This document shows positions 1-9,338 of a stretch of 64,000 bases of DNA, one piece after another. The number at the start of each line of letters is the position of its first letter. Within the stretch, counting starts at the first letter, position 1. The notes under the pieces are model-generated. The model saw nothing but the letters and a program-made list of their open reading frames with translations. It was not told the DNA's origin and searched no databases. Source of the stretch: a virus; the IMG/VR virus record IMGVR_UViG_3300017786_000003, positions 32,001 through 96,000 of that record. One strand, 5' to 3'. The position numbers and the translations under genes were made by a program.

Positions 1-504
1 GTAAAAGTTGTAATGGTAGGCCAAGATCCATACCCACAGTTAGGAGTTGCGGATGGTATAGCATTTAGCTGTAGTAAAAAAGGTAAAGCAGAAAAGTCTT
101 TACAATATATACTAAAGCAAACTATTGGTAATTACACTGACACAGGTAGAGTTATGTATACACCAGAAGAATGTGATCTAAGACGTTGGGCTAACCAGGG
201 TGTATTATTAATTAATACAGCATTTACATGTGAAGTAAACAAAATAGGATCTCATTATGCAATATGGAAATCATTTACTGAATACCTATTTGATAATCTA
301 AATAGACATAACCAAGATCTAATATTTGTATTACTTGGTAAGAAAGCAGAAGCATGGTCTCCGTGGTTGGATAACGTTAGAAAGATTTATGTAAGTCACC
401 CAGCATCAGCTGCATATAGAGGTGGTGAATGGGACTGTAAGGATGTATTTAATTTAGTAAATGAAAAGCTAGAATACCTTGAAAAAGATAGGATAGAATG
501 GTAG
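1..504 (+). CDS. ung: Uracil-DNA glycosylase, family 1 (5'-truncated by window edge)
   Basis: Frame is open from base 1 (VKVVMVGQDPYP). Carries the GQDPY water-activating loop, GIAFS, WANQGVLLIN and SHPA motifs of family-1 UDG. Confidence 0.93.
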   Translation, partial: VKVVMVGQDPYPQLGVADGIAFSCSKKGKAEKSLQYILKQTIGNYTDTGRVMYTPEECDLRRWANQGVLLINTAFTCEVNKIGSHYAIWKSFTEYLFDNLNRHNQDLIFVLLGKKAEAWSPWLDNVRKIYVSHPASAAYRGGEWDCKDVFNLVNEKLEYLEKDRIEW

Positions 505-507
505 AAT

Positions 508-519
508 TTTGTATCTTTA
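508..519 (+). promoter_or_regulatory. Putative promoter element (TTTGTATCTTTA) upstream of the replication operon
   Basis: Intergenic, about 22 nt before ATG 542. Resembles the recurring TTTGTATATTA motif and the Bacteroidota -7 box TAnnTTTG. Confidence 0.45.
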
Positions 520-541
520 TAACCTTTAAAACCAAGCACAT

Positions 542-1132
542 ATGTGGGAACTATTCCAAAAGATATTAGCTCAAAAGCTAACACCCAATCAAGCACTTAT
601 ACTATTTTCAATGAAACAAAAAGTTGGCTTAGCGTCAATAGAAGAGTCAGATAAAAAAGCTCTTGTTGATTTAGGTTTGATAGTAAAAGAGAATGGTACA
701 TATACAATGTCTCCAGAAGCAAGAATGTTCTGTATTAGACTAGATAATTATTTTATAAAGGCCAAAAAGAAAACAGATATCCAACTAATGGGTAAGAACT
801 TTGTTGACAAGATTAATTCATATAGAGAAATATTCCCTGCTAAAAGATTACCAAGCGGTAATCCTGCACGTAATAACGTAAAAGCATTGGGAGAAAACTT
901 TAGATGGTTCTTTGAAACTTATGATTACACATGGGATGATGTTATGAAGGCTACTAAAATGTATGTTAATGAGTATAGAGATGCTGACTATTTGTATATG
1001 CAAACAAGTCAATACTTTATATCAAAGCAAGACAAGCACAAAGTAAAGCATTCAAGACTTGCTGACTACTGTGATTTAATAATAGAAGGGATCAATACAG
1101 AAGATGATCACTTTAAAGAAAAAGTTGTATGA
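542..1132 (+). CDS. Hypothetical replication-associated protein (N-terminal wHTH-like), coupled to the helicase
   Basis: 196-aa ORF with ATGA overlap onto the helicase. Function inferred from position only. Confidence 0.55.
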   Translation: MWELFQKILAQKLTPNQALILFSMKQKVGLASIEESDKKALVDLGLIVKENGTYTMSPEARMFCIRLDNYFIKAKKKTDIQLMGKNFVDKINSYREIFPAKRLPSGNPARNNVKALGENFRWFFETYDYTWDDVMKATKMYVNEYRDADYLYMQTSQYFISKQDKHKVKHSRLADYCDLIIEGINTEDDHFKEKVV

Positions 1133-2082
1133 AAAAGAAAGAATCTTGGGTTGGACAATATGCTGCTTTTAATGAAGCACTTAAATATATGTACGCTAGA
1201 TCTACCGGTGAGGAAAAATCTATATATACTCCATGGCCTAAGTTCAATGATGCAGCTACTGATGGTATAGAGTGGAACACACTCACTGTAATTGGTGGAA
1301 GACCTGGTTCAGGTAAGACATTAATTAAAGACCAGATCATTAGAGAATCGTTTGCCCTTAATCCAAATGATAAGTTTAGAGTATTAGAGTTTCAGTTTGA
1401 GATGGTAGGTAGAACATCTGCTATTAGAGAATTTAGTTCTATTACTGGTAAAACTTATAAAGAGTTATGTAGTGCTGGGTCTACTCTAAGTACAGATACA
1501 CTGAACACGTGTCATCAGTATGCTAAAGAAAGAGTAAAGCATCCAGTAGATATAATTAGTACACCTATGACTGTTAATCAGATGCGTGATCAGATAGATC
1601 AGTATATGAATAAACATAAAGGTATTAATACAATGATAACACTTGACCATACAATGTTAGTCAAGAGAGCACCATATCAGAATAGCACATTAGATATGCT
1701 ATTTGAATTAGGTGAATTCTTTACACAATGTAAAAGAGATTATCCTTGTTTATTTATTGCCTTGTCACAACTTAATAGAAACATAGATAACCCGGATAGG
1801 GCTATAGATGGTAAGTACGGTAACTATATACTTGAGTCAGACATATTTGGATCAGATGCAATGCTTCAACATGCAGATATGTTAATAGGTATTAATAGAC
1901 CCGCTAAACAAAAGATTAGGTTCTATGGACCTGATAGATATATAATAGAGAATGATAGAACATTAGTATTACACTTCTTAAAAGCAAGAAACGGTGATGC
2001 AAGAATGAGTTTCTTTAGAGCAAAGTTTGAACAGATGCAGATAGAAGAAATGGCCACACCAGGTCAACAAGAACGTAGATAA
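1129..2082 (+). CDS. dnaB: DnaB-like (SF4) replicative helicase, ATPase domain only
   Basis: Walker A GGRPGSGKT, FEM, ITLDH (Walker B), ALSQLNR, GSDAMLQHAD and KARNG. Confidence 0.92.
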   Translation: MKKKESWVGQYAAFNEALKYMYARSTGEEKSIYTPWPKFNDAATDGIEWNTLTVIGGRPGSGKTLIKDQIIRESFALNPNDKFRVLEFQFEMVGRTSAIREFSSITGKTYKELCSAGSTLSTDTLNTCHQYAKERVKHPVDIISTPMTVNQMRDQIDQYMNKHKGINTMITLDHTMLVKRAPYQNSTLDMLFELGEFFTQCKRDYPCLFIALSQLNRNIDNPDRAIDGKYGNYILESDIFGSDAMLQHADMLIGINRPAKQKIRFYGPDRYIIENDRTLVLHFLKARNGDARMSFFRAKFEQMQIEEMATPGQQERR

Positions 2083-2135
2083 CCTGCACACCCAACCACT
2101 GCTCCCCAACTATCATACGCACCATTTAAAATAAA

Positions 2136-2699
2136 ATGAATACTAAAAATATAAAAAATAAGAACATGGGATTAACACCTGCAGAACGCAAAGCAAAAGT
2201 CCTCAAATTAAGAGAAGAGCATGAAGATTACTTTCAGACAGAAGGTAAGATAAATGCACTATACATACCAAAGATGGCATACCGTCCATCAGGTAAAGAT
2301 GAATTATATGTTTCATTCTTTCCAAGTGAATTGGAAAAGGATAAAGATATATACACTGAGTTTGTAAGTATAGACTATGACTCAGAAGATCCTAAAAGAA
2401 CATTGTATTTACATAAGTATAATCCGCATTGGAAAGATGAGTATGAACTTATAACTTCAAGCTCAGGATTTCAAAGACATTTGATTCCAGTAAGTGAGCT
2501 CAAAGTAATTAATGATGTTACAGCTAGAACTAATGCAGATGGTCTTAAGATAATAGGTAAGGCTACAAAAATTGACTGGTCTAATCCTGATATCCCTAAT
2601 CCAGATGCAAAAGTTGTGGATCCTTTGATAGAAAAGCTAGAAGAAATAAACCAAACATTGATAACGTTAACTAAAGTAATAAATAAATTAATTAAATAA
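2136..2699 (+). CDS. Hypothetical protein (alternative start 2166)
   Basis: 187-aa ORF within the replication operon, with a C-terminal coiled segment. Confidence 0.7.
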   Translation: MNTKNIKNKNMGLTPAERKAKVLKLREEHEDYFQTEGKINALYIPKMAYRPSGKDELYVSFFPSELEKDKDIYTEFVSIDYDSEDPKRTLYLHKYNPHWKDEYELITSSSGFQRHLIPVSELKVINDVTARTNADGLKIIGKATKIDWSNPDIPNPDAKVVDPLIEKLEEINQTLITLTKVINKLIK

Positions 2700-2701
2700 A
2701 T

Positions 2702-3385
2702 ATGGCACAAAGCGTATTAGTAATTGCAGATTCAGGTACAGGAAAGTCAACCTCAATCAGAACATTAGATCCTAAAGAGACTTTCATTATAAATATTGCA
2801 AACAAACCTTTACCATTCAAAGGCTATAAGAGTAAGTATATTCAAATTAGCAAAGAGAATCCAAAAGGTAACATTACTTCAGCTGCATCAGCTGCAGGTA
2901 TAATTAAAGCAATGAAGCATGTTGATGAAAAGATGCCACATATCAAAACATTAGTTATAGATGACTGGCAGTACATGAGTTCATTTGAATACTTTGAAAG
3001 AGCAAATGAAAAAGGTTATGATAAATTCACTCAAATAGCAGCAAACTTAGCTATGGTAGCAAAGATGCCTAAAGATATGAGAGATGATTTAACTATTATA
3101 TTCTTAACTCACTCAGAAGATTCAACAGATATAAACGGTAATAGAAAAGTTAAAGCTAAAACTATTGGTAAAATGATAGATAATACATTAACTTTGGAAG
3201 GCTTATTTTCTATTGTACTATTTGGTAAAGTAAATAAAAATGATGATGGTGGACTTGTATATGGTTTTGAAACTCAAAACAATGGAGAGAACACATGTAA
3301 ATCACCAATGGGTATGTTTGAGGATTTATTTATCCCTAATGACCTGAAGTATGTAAAAGAGTGCATACAGAAATATGAAGAATAA
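2702..3385 (+). CDS. AAA_24/Sak4-like ATPase (putative single-strand annealing recombinase)
   Basis: Walker A ADSGTGKS, Walker B LVIDD, IFLTH, KTIGKMID and the C-terminal KSPMGMF..IPNDL typical of phage AAA_24 proteins. Confidence 0.85.
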   Translation: MAQSVLVIADSGTGKSTSIRTLDPKETFIINIANKPLPFKGYKSKYIQISKENPKGNITSAASAAGIIKAMKHVDEKMPHIKTLVIDDWQYMSSFEYFERANEKGYDKFTQIAANLAMVAKMPKDMRDDLTIIFLTHSEDSTDINGNRKVKAKTIGKMIDNTLTLEGLFSIVLFGKVNKNDDGGLVYGFETQNNGENTCKSPMGMFEDLFIPNDLKYVKECIQKYEE

Positions 3386-3412
3386 TAAATTAATTAAAAA
3401 AAAAGAAAAATT

Positions 3413-4084
3413 ATGTTAAGTACTAAAGACATGTCTGCAGGTTCAGGCAACGTAAAACCAGTTATTGGTGTAGGTAATCAAAAAGTAAAAATTAATTCTA
3501 TAACATTTGATGTAACACCATATGATGCAGATGCATACAATATTGTTTTACATGTAGAGAGTGAGCCAGTACAGGGTGAGTTCAATGGTTTCTTAAAAGA
3601 TATGAATAATCCTAATGGACCACGTTATGAAGGTCAAGTAGGTAGAGTTAGATTTTCACCATATCCATATAAAGATGCAACGTTACCAAGCGGTAGAGAA
3701 ATAAATAGAGATACAGAAGTACTAAAAAGTATGGTATATCTAAGTGAAGTTCTTAATAAAAGAGAAGAGCTTGACAAGATAGAAGCTAATACTATTGAGG
3801 TATTTATGATTGAGTGTAACAAATTATTCTCAAACAGTGAGTACTTTAACGCATGTATTGGTGGGCGTGAATGGGAAAATAAAGAAGGTTATGTAAACTA
3901 TGATTTATTCTTACCAAGAATGAGCAAAGATGGCATTCCATTAGAAGAATTGAATAAAGAAAATTCAAGACTTTTAACGTTTGATGCTAATAATACTAAT
4001 CACTTAAGAAAATTACAGAAAGAAAACACACCAGCACAAAACTTTGAGCCAGTAGGAGCAAAGGGTGATGATTTTGATCTATAA
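3413..4084 (+). CDS. Putative single-stranded DNA-binding protein
   Basis: Directly follows the Sak4-like gene, is beta-rich, and ends in an acidic/hydrophobic tail (GDDFDL) like SSB tails. Confidence 0.55.
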   Translation: MLSTKDMSAGSGNVKPVIGVGNQKVKINSITFDVTPYDADAYNIVLHVESEPVQGEFNGFLKDMNNPNGPRYEGQVGRVRFSPYPYKDATLPSGREINRDTEVLKSMVYLSEVLNKREELDKIEANTIEVFMIECNKLFSNSEYFNACIGGREWENKEGYVNYDLFLPRMSKDGIPLEELNKENSRLLTFDANNTNHLRKLQKENTPAQNFEPVGAKGDDFDL

Positions 4085-4105
4085 TTTGTTTTTGTTTGTA
4101 ATGAT

Positions 4106-4138
4106 AGGAGGGGGTTTACTAAGGATTTTCTCCCTCCT
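4106..4138 (+). terminator. Stem-loop, probable terminator after the SSB-like gene
   Basis: AGGAGGGGG (4106-4114) pairs with CTCCCTCCT (4130-4138) with one G-U pair, followed by TGATTTACTTT. Confidence 0.55.
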
Positions 4139-4161
4139 TGATTTACTTTAATACTATAAAT

Positions 4162-4218
4162 ATGGAAGAAAATGAACCAGACTTTGAATGGATGTGGGAA
4201 GTTGATAATGCTAGATAA
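4162..4218 (+). CDS. 18-aa acidic micro-ORF (MEENEPDFEWMWEVDNAR) coupled to primase
   Basis: A-rich context before the ATG. Its TAA overlaps the primase ATG (TAATG). Not in the ORF track. Confidence 0.45.
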   Translation: MEENEPDFEWMWEVDNAR

Positions 4219-5195
4219 TGTTTAATACAAAAGGTTTAGTCAGAGAAGGATCAGATGTACCAAGCTATTGGGTGTTTCAGCATTATTTAAATCTATCAGA
4301 ACCCTTAACAGGCCAGGATATAAAGATTAAATCAATCTTTAATCCTAATGAGAGAACAGCAAGTTTTTGCATTTATGTAGATAAATCACTTATGCAATAT
4401 AAATTTAAAGATTTCTCAACTGGTAAGATGGGTAATAAAGCTGACCTAGTTATGTTTATGTTTGATGTATCATATACTGATGCAATGAATAAAATAGTTA
4501 GTGACTATAATGTATACATTAAGTCTCCTGATTATAAAGAACAGCAGTTTGAACCTGTAGCTAAATGGACAATAGATTATATAAAACATAGAGGTTGGAC
4601 TATAGAAGATAGAAAATTTTGGTTGGGATTTGGTATTGGTAAAACAATATTAGATAACTATAATGTAAAGCCAATTGACTATTATACTATGGTTAAACAA
4701 GAAGGATCTCAGTATAGAAGTTTACAAGTAGGAAGCAAATGGTGTTATGGATACTTTGATAAGAACGGGGAGGTATATAAAATATATCAACCACGTAGTA
4801 AAAAACATAAGTTTCATAAAGTTAAAAGCTACCTGCAGGGTATAGATCAGCTTAAGTATAATAAGCCGTATCTTGTTATATGTTCTTCACTTAAAGATGC
4901 TATGTCTTTAAAGGGTATAGGGTATAATATAGAAGTGTTAGCACCAGATAGTGAAAACACTATGATTAAACCACATATAATAACAATATTAAAGAAGAAG
5001 TATAAAAAAATAATAACACTCTTTGATAATGATGACGCAGGCAGAAATGCAATTAATAAATATAAAGAAGTTTATAAGATTGATGGGTTATCATTACCAG
5101 TATGTAAAGATATTTCAGATGCAATAAATACTCATGGTGTTAATCATGTGCATAAAGTTCTGAAGCCTTTACTTAAAGAGATACTAAATAAATAA
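4218..5195 (+). CDS. DNA primase (TOPRIM)
   Basis: N-terminal degenerate Zn-ribbon-like region (FNPNERTASF, FKDFSTG), SSLKDAM, LFDNDDAG and KDISD. Confidence 0.88.
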   Translation: MFNTKGLVREGSDVPSYWVFQHYLNLSEPLTGQDIKIKSIFNPNERTASFCIYVDKSLMQYKFKDFSTGKMGNKADLVMFMFDVSYTDAMNKIVSDYNVYIKSPDYKEQQFEPVAKWTIDYIKHRGWTIEDRKFWLGFGIGKTILDNYNVKPIDYYTMVKQEGSQYRSLQVGSKWCYGYFDKNGEVYKIYQPRSKKHKFHKVKSYLQGIDQLKYNKPYLVICSSLKDAMSLKGIGYNIEVLAPDSENTMIKPHIITILKKKYKKIITLFDNDDAGRNAINKYKEVYKIDGLSLPVCKDISDAINTHGVNHVHKVLKPLLKEILNK

Positions 5196-5197
5196 AT

Positions 5198-5629
5198 ATG
5201 AAATGGTTTATACCAGGATCTGTACCAAGTAGTAAAAATGGTAGAAGATGGACAGGAAAATACTTTATTGCTAGCAAAGCTGTAGTTAACTATAGAAAGA
5301 TAGCAAAGAAGTATTATGCTGAATATGCTGATGAATTTAAGAAAGAATTAGCAAAAAAAACATTACCTGTTCATATATCTTTTGAGTTTATTAGGGGGAC
5401 ACGTCATAAATTTGACTATATTAATCCTGCACAGACTGTGCAAGATGATATGGTTAAGGCCGGATGGATAGAAGATGATAACGCTGAATTTATAATTCCA
5501 GTGTTCCAGAAATATACCTATAATAAATCTAATCCGGGAGTATGGATTGAAATACTAGAAGATGACAATAATCACAGCCCAAGAACTATTACGGATAATA
5601 CAAATGATAAAGAGTCAGGACAAGGATGA
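5198..5629 (+). CDS. RusA-like Holliday junction resolvase
   Basis: IPGSVPSSKN, then D..N....VQDDMVKAGWIEDDN, matching the RusA acidic catalytic pattern. Confidence 0.75.
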   Translation: MKWFIPGSVPSSKNGRRWTGKYFIASKAVVNYRKIAKKYYAEYADEFKKELAKKTLPVHISFEFIRGTRHKFDYINPAQTVQDDMVKAGWIEDDNAEFIIPVFQKYTYNKSNPGVWIEILEDDNNHSPRTITDNTNDKESGQG

Positions 5630-5861
5630 TGTTGTTCTAGGACTTGAACTATATAAAAACATAGATATTGCAGATAGAAATATTATCAATAGATTAATTG
5701 CTAAAGCATTGCTCTTTGATAATAGAAAACTATTCTACAAATCCATTGGTGTATCATACCCGTGGAAAGAATTATTATCTGATCATATAATTAAACTAAT
5801 AGATGATAATGTAACAGCTGCAAATCTGTATAAAAGTTACGTAAAATTAATATACAAATGA
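5562..5861 (+). CDS. Hypothetical protein, first gene of the vWA/MoxR cassette
   Basis: 99-aa ORF with ATGA overlap onto the vWA gene. Shares an 'MIxSxD....L..E...N' segment with 9339..10478. Confidence 0.6.
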   Translation: MTIITAQELLRIIQMIKSQDKDDVVLGLELYKNIDIADRNIINRLIAKALLFDNRKLFYKSIGVSYPWKELLSDHIIKLIDDNVTAANLYKSYVKLIYK

Positions 5862-7018
5862 TAGTACAAGATAAGGTTGCAAGGACAACCAAAACATTAA
5901 TATTTACAGAGCCCTTTTACGGGCTTTTTTTGATTGGTATAAATAAGAAATATACTGAGAATATACCCACTGCTGGTGTAAGCAAGCATGGAATAGGTGT
6001 ACAATTGACAATAAACCCTGAATTTTTTATAAATCTAAGTGAAGATCATAGGTTTGGATTAATTAAACATGAGCTATTGCATATTGCATTTGGTCATTTA
6101 ATTATGAGAGATCTATATGCAGATCATAAATTATTTAATATAGCTGCAGATTTAGAAATCAACCAGTACATACTGGAAAGTAAATTACCTGAAGGTGGTT
6201 TATTATTGTCAAGTTTTCCTGAGTTAGATTTACCCAAGAAAGCAGGTACAAAAGAATACTATAAGTTATTAGAAGAAGCCAAAGATCAAGGAACATCTCC
6301 ATCTCTAGACAGTCTAATGGATCAAATGGATGGTACATCACAGTATTGTCATGGTACATGGAATGAGTTTGATGATTTGTCAGAAGCAGATAAAAAGCTA
6401 ATACAAAAGCAGGTGGAACATCAACTTAAGGAGTCAGCAGAGCAAACAGTAAAAAAGCAAGGGAATATACCAGGGGAGTTAAAAGATCTTATTAAAAGAT
6501 TATTAAATATAGAACCTCCTAAGTTTAATTGGAAAGCATATCTAAGAAGGTTTATTGGTAATTCAAGTATTGTATATACTAAAAAGCTAAGACGTAAGTA
6601 TAATAAACGTTATGCTGCAAATCCAGGCCTAAAGATAAAATTCAAGAATCATATACTTGTTGGTGTTGACACAAGCGGATCTGTAAACAATGATGAACTT
6701 AAAGAATTTTATTCTGAGCTTGTGCATATGCATAAGACGGGTCATAAGATTACAGTAGCACAGTGTGATACTAGATTAAATAGTGTAAAAGAATTCAATC
6801 CAAAAAAAGATTGGGAAATACATGGTCGTGGTGGAACAAGTTTCCAACCAGTAATAGATCATTATAATGAGAAAAAAGGAGCATATACTGCTCTAATATA
6901 TTTAACAGATGGTGAGGCTTATACTCCAGATGACTGTCCAAACAATACGTTATGGGTACACAGTTCAAACTGTAGTATAAATGAAGAGTTACCAGGAAAG
7001 AAAATTCAACTTAATTAA
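5858..7018 (+). CDS. Metallopeptidase-like + vWA domain protein (DUF2201-type)
   Basis: HELLH zincin motif, NIAADLEINQ, MIDAS DTSGS, GRGGTSF and YLTDG. Confidence 0.9.
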   Translation: MIVQDKVARTTKTLIFTEPFYGLFLIGINKKYTENIPTAGVSKHGIGVQLTINPEFFINLSEDHRFGLIKHELLHIAFGHLIMRDLYADHKLFNIAADLEINQYILESKLPEGGLLLSSFPELDLPKKAGTKEYYKLLEEAKDQGTSPSLDSLMDQMDGTSQYCHGTWNEFDDLSEADKKLIQKQVEHQLKESAEQTVKKQGNIPGELKDLIKRLLNIEPPKFNWKAYLRRFIGNSSIVYTKKLRRKYNKRYAANPGLKIKFKNHILVGVDTSGSVNNDELKEFYSELVHMHKTGHKITVAQCDTRLNSVKEFNPKKDWEIHGRGGTSFQPVIDHYNEKKGAYTALIYLTDGEAYTPDDCPNNTLWVHSSNCSINEELPGKKIQLN

Positions 7019-7028
7019 TAAAATAAAA

Positions 7029-8303
7029 ATGGCAGAAGTAAATTTAAATGTAACAGAACTAAAAGGATTTGTAAATCATATTATATCTAACAACAGATTC
7101 TTACAAGAAGAAGGTAAGAACTCTGTATCTGTAGAGATTGTAGGTGAGTCAGGTATTGGTAAGACTTCAACTGTAGTAGAGCTAGCTAAAGAAAATAACC
7201 TAAACTATGTCAAGCTTAATTTAGCACAGATAGAAGAGTTAGGTGACTTAGTAGGTTTTCCTGTTAGACAATTTCAAATGTATAAAGAAAAAGTAATAAC
7301 CAAACCTAATAATGAATTAGCAATGGTTACTGCAACACAGAGAGCTGCAGGTTCTAGCTTAGCAAATCTAAACACAACTGTTACCAAAAAGGTAGGGCAA
7401 TGGGTAGATGAACTTGCTGTACAGGAGTATCTGAAGAATGGATACAAGATGACTGGTAAGAATAGAATGTCTTACTGTGCACCAGAGTGGATTGCAGACA
7501 AGAAAGATGGTGGTATATTATTGTTAGATGACTGGAACCGTGCAGATACAAGATTTATTCAAGCGGTTATGGAATTGATAGACCGTCAGACTTATATCTC
7601 ATGGACACTACCAAAGGACTGGCACATAATTTTGACAGCAAACCCAGACAACGGAGATTATATGGTTAATAGCATTGATTCAGCTCAGAAGACCAGATAT
7701 GTAACCGCTAACTTGAAGTTTGATGTTAATGTATGGGCACAATGGGCAGAAGGTGCAGGAATTGATACTAGATGTATCAACTTCCTGTTACTGAACCCAG
7801 AGTTAGTAACACAAGAAACTAATGCAAGATCAATTACTACATTCTTTAATGCAATATCAAGCTTTGAATCATTTGAAGATAATCTTTCTATGATCCAAAT
7901 GATTGGTGAAGGTAGTGTTGGTGATGCATTTGCATCTATGTTTACTACATTCATTAATAATAAACTAGATAAACTTGTAACTCCTAAAGATTTATTGACA
8001 CATGATAATGAGTCATATATTCTTGGAGAGTTAAAGAGTTGTATTGGTAAATTAGATGGAGATAACTATCGTGCAGATATAGCAGCAACATTAGCAACTA
8101 GACTTGGTAATTATGCTGTAGTATATTCGCAAGATAATACTATTAACCAAAAGATTACTGATAGATTAAAGTCATTGTGTACTAAAGAATACTTTACAAA
8201 TGATTTAAAGTATTTAATAGTTCGTACAATCTTTAATGGCAATAAAAAGAAGTTTAATAAACTAATGATGATTCCAGAGATCATCCAAATGACAATGAAA
8301 TAA
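7029..8303 (+). CDS. MoxR-like AAA+ ATPase
   Basis: Walker A GESGIGKT, LGDLVGFP, Walker B LLLDDWNRA, TANP and DSAQKTR. Adjacent to the vWA gene. ATG 7029 has the A-rich context and avoids an overlap. Confidence 0.88.
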   Translation: MAEVNLNVTELKGFVNHIISNNRFLQEEGKNSVSVEIVGESGIGKTSTVVELAKENNLNYVKLNLAQIEELGDLVGFPVRQFQMYKEKVITKPNNELAMVTATQRAAGSSLANLNTTVTKKVGQWVDELAVQEYLKNGYKMTGKNRMSYCAPEWIADKKDGGILLLDDWNRADTRFIQAVMELIDRQTYISWTLPKDWHIILTANPDNGDYMVNSIDSAQKTRYVTANLKFDVNVWAQWAEGAGIDTRCINFLLLNPELVTQETNARSITTFFNAISSFESFEDNLSMIQMIGEGSVGDAFASMFTTFINNKLDKLVTPKDLLTHDNESYILGELKSCIGKLDGDNYRADIAATLATRLGNYAVVYSQDNTINQKITDRLKSLCTKEYFTNDLKYLIVRTIFNGNKKKFNKLMMIPEIIQMTMK

Positions 8304-9334
8304 TGGCAAAAAAAGCAGTACATCAAAATTATGATGCAGATGCTTTGAAATTCTTTGGATTAGAAACTGACCCACAATATGGGTTGGTTTCTAGTTCCCA
8401 AAGTATTGACAAAGTATTATGTACTCAAGATGAAACAACATATAATAAAATACACAGTATATTAACTGTTCCAACAGAGGATGGTAATACTTTTAGAACA
8501 AAAAAGAAAGCTTTTGTTTTACCTAGATGCAATGTGAGTAATGATAGGATAAAAGCAGCTCTTAAAGAGCATAGTATAACTGTTACAAATGATTATGAGA
8601 AAGCTGATCTAATTGTAAGTCATGAAGATATATCTACACATAGACTAGAGAATGGTGATAATATACCAACTACAGTTATGATGAATAAGATATGGAATTA
8701 TGAAACTACTTTAGGAGATGAGCATTCTAGTGGTTTACTTGAAACTATATGGAGCTCAGGGATAGAGTGTATACTTACCCCTAAGATAACTGATATTGTA
8801 TCTTATTATAAAATTGATACCCATGTAAGTCTATATGATAATTGGATGATATCAGCATTAGCAATAAATCTTGCTCATTTAATTGAAACTACCAGTTTAG
8901 CTGTAGTGTCTGTTGATGATGTATTACATAGTTCAGCAACAAGAATAGAGCTCAGTGAAGAAGTATTAAAAGACTTGATCGCTCAGATCAATTCATATGA
9001 AAGTAAGAGTCTTGCACTTAAAATAGTTCCAACTATAAATTATAATAAGAACTATCATTTATTATGGGAATTGGCTCAGTCTTGTCCAGAAATAGAGTAT
9101 GGAGATACCAGAGATAAGGACCTAAAATATTGGGTTAAGTGCTCTAATTTTATTAGCTTTACTAGAAAAAGTGCACAAGATATGATACTCTGGTTAGAAG
9201 AACAGGAGTTACTTAATAAAGAATCATTTAAGTACTTAGAGCCTATAGTAAGAAAGGAGATAAGTATACATAATAGAGACTTATATACGTTCAAAGTAGC
9301 TGTTAAAAAAGAATATCAACAATATTTAAAATAA
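8303..9334 (+). CDS. Hypothetical protein with BRCT-like segment
   Basis: TAATG-coupled to MoxR. The segment KAFVLPRCNVSNDRIKAALKEHSITVTNDYEKADLIVS parallels the next gene. Confidence 0.65.
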   Translation: MAKKAVHQNYDADALKFFGLETDPQYGLVSSSQSIDKVLCTQDETTYNKIHSILTVPTEDGNTFRTKKKAFVLPRCNVSNDRIKAALKEHSITVTNDYEKADLIVSHEDISTHRLENGDNIPTTVMMNKIWNYETTLGDEHSSGLLETIWSSGIECILTPKITDIVSYYKIDTHVSLYDNWMISALAINLAHLIETTSLAVVSVDDVLHSSATRIELSEEVLKDLIAQINSYESKSLALKIVPTINYNKNYHLLWELAQSCPEIEYGDTRDKDLKYWVKCSNFISFTRKSAQDMILWLEEQELLNKESFKYLEPIVRKEISIHNRDLYTFKVAVKKEYQQYLK

Positions 9335-9338
9335 TAAA

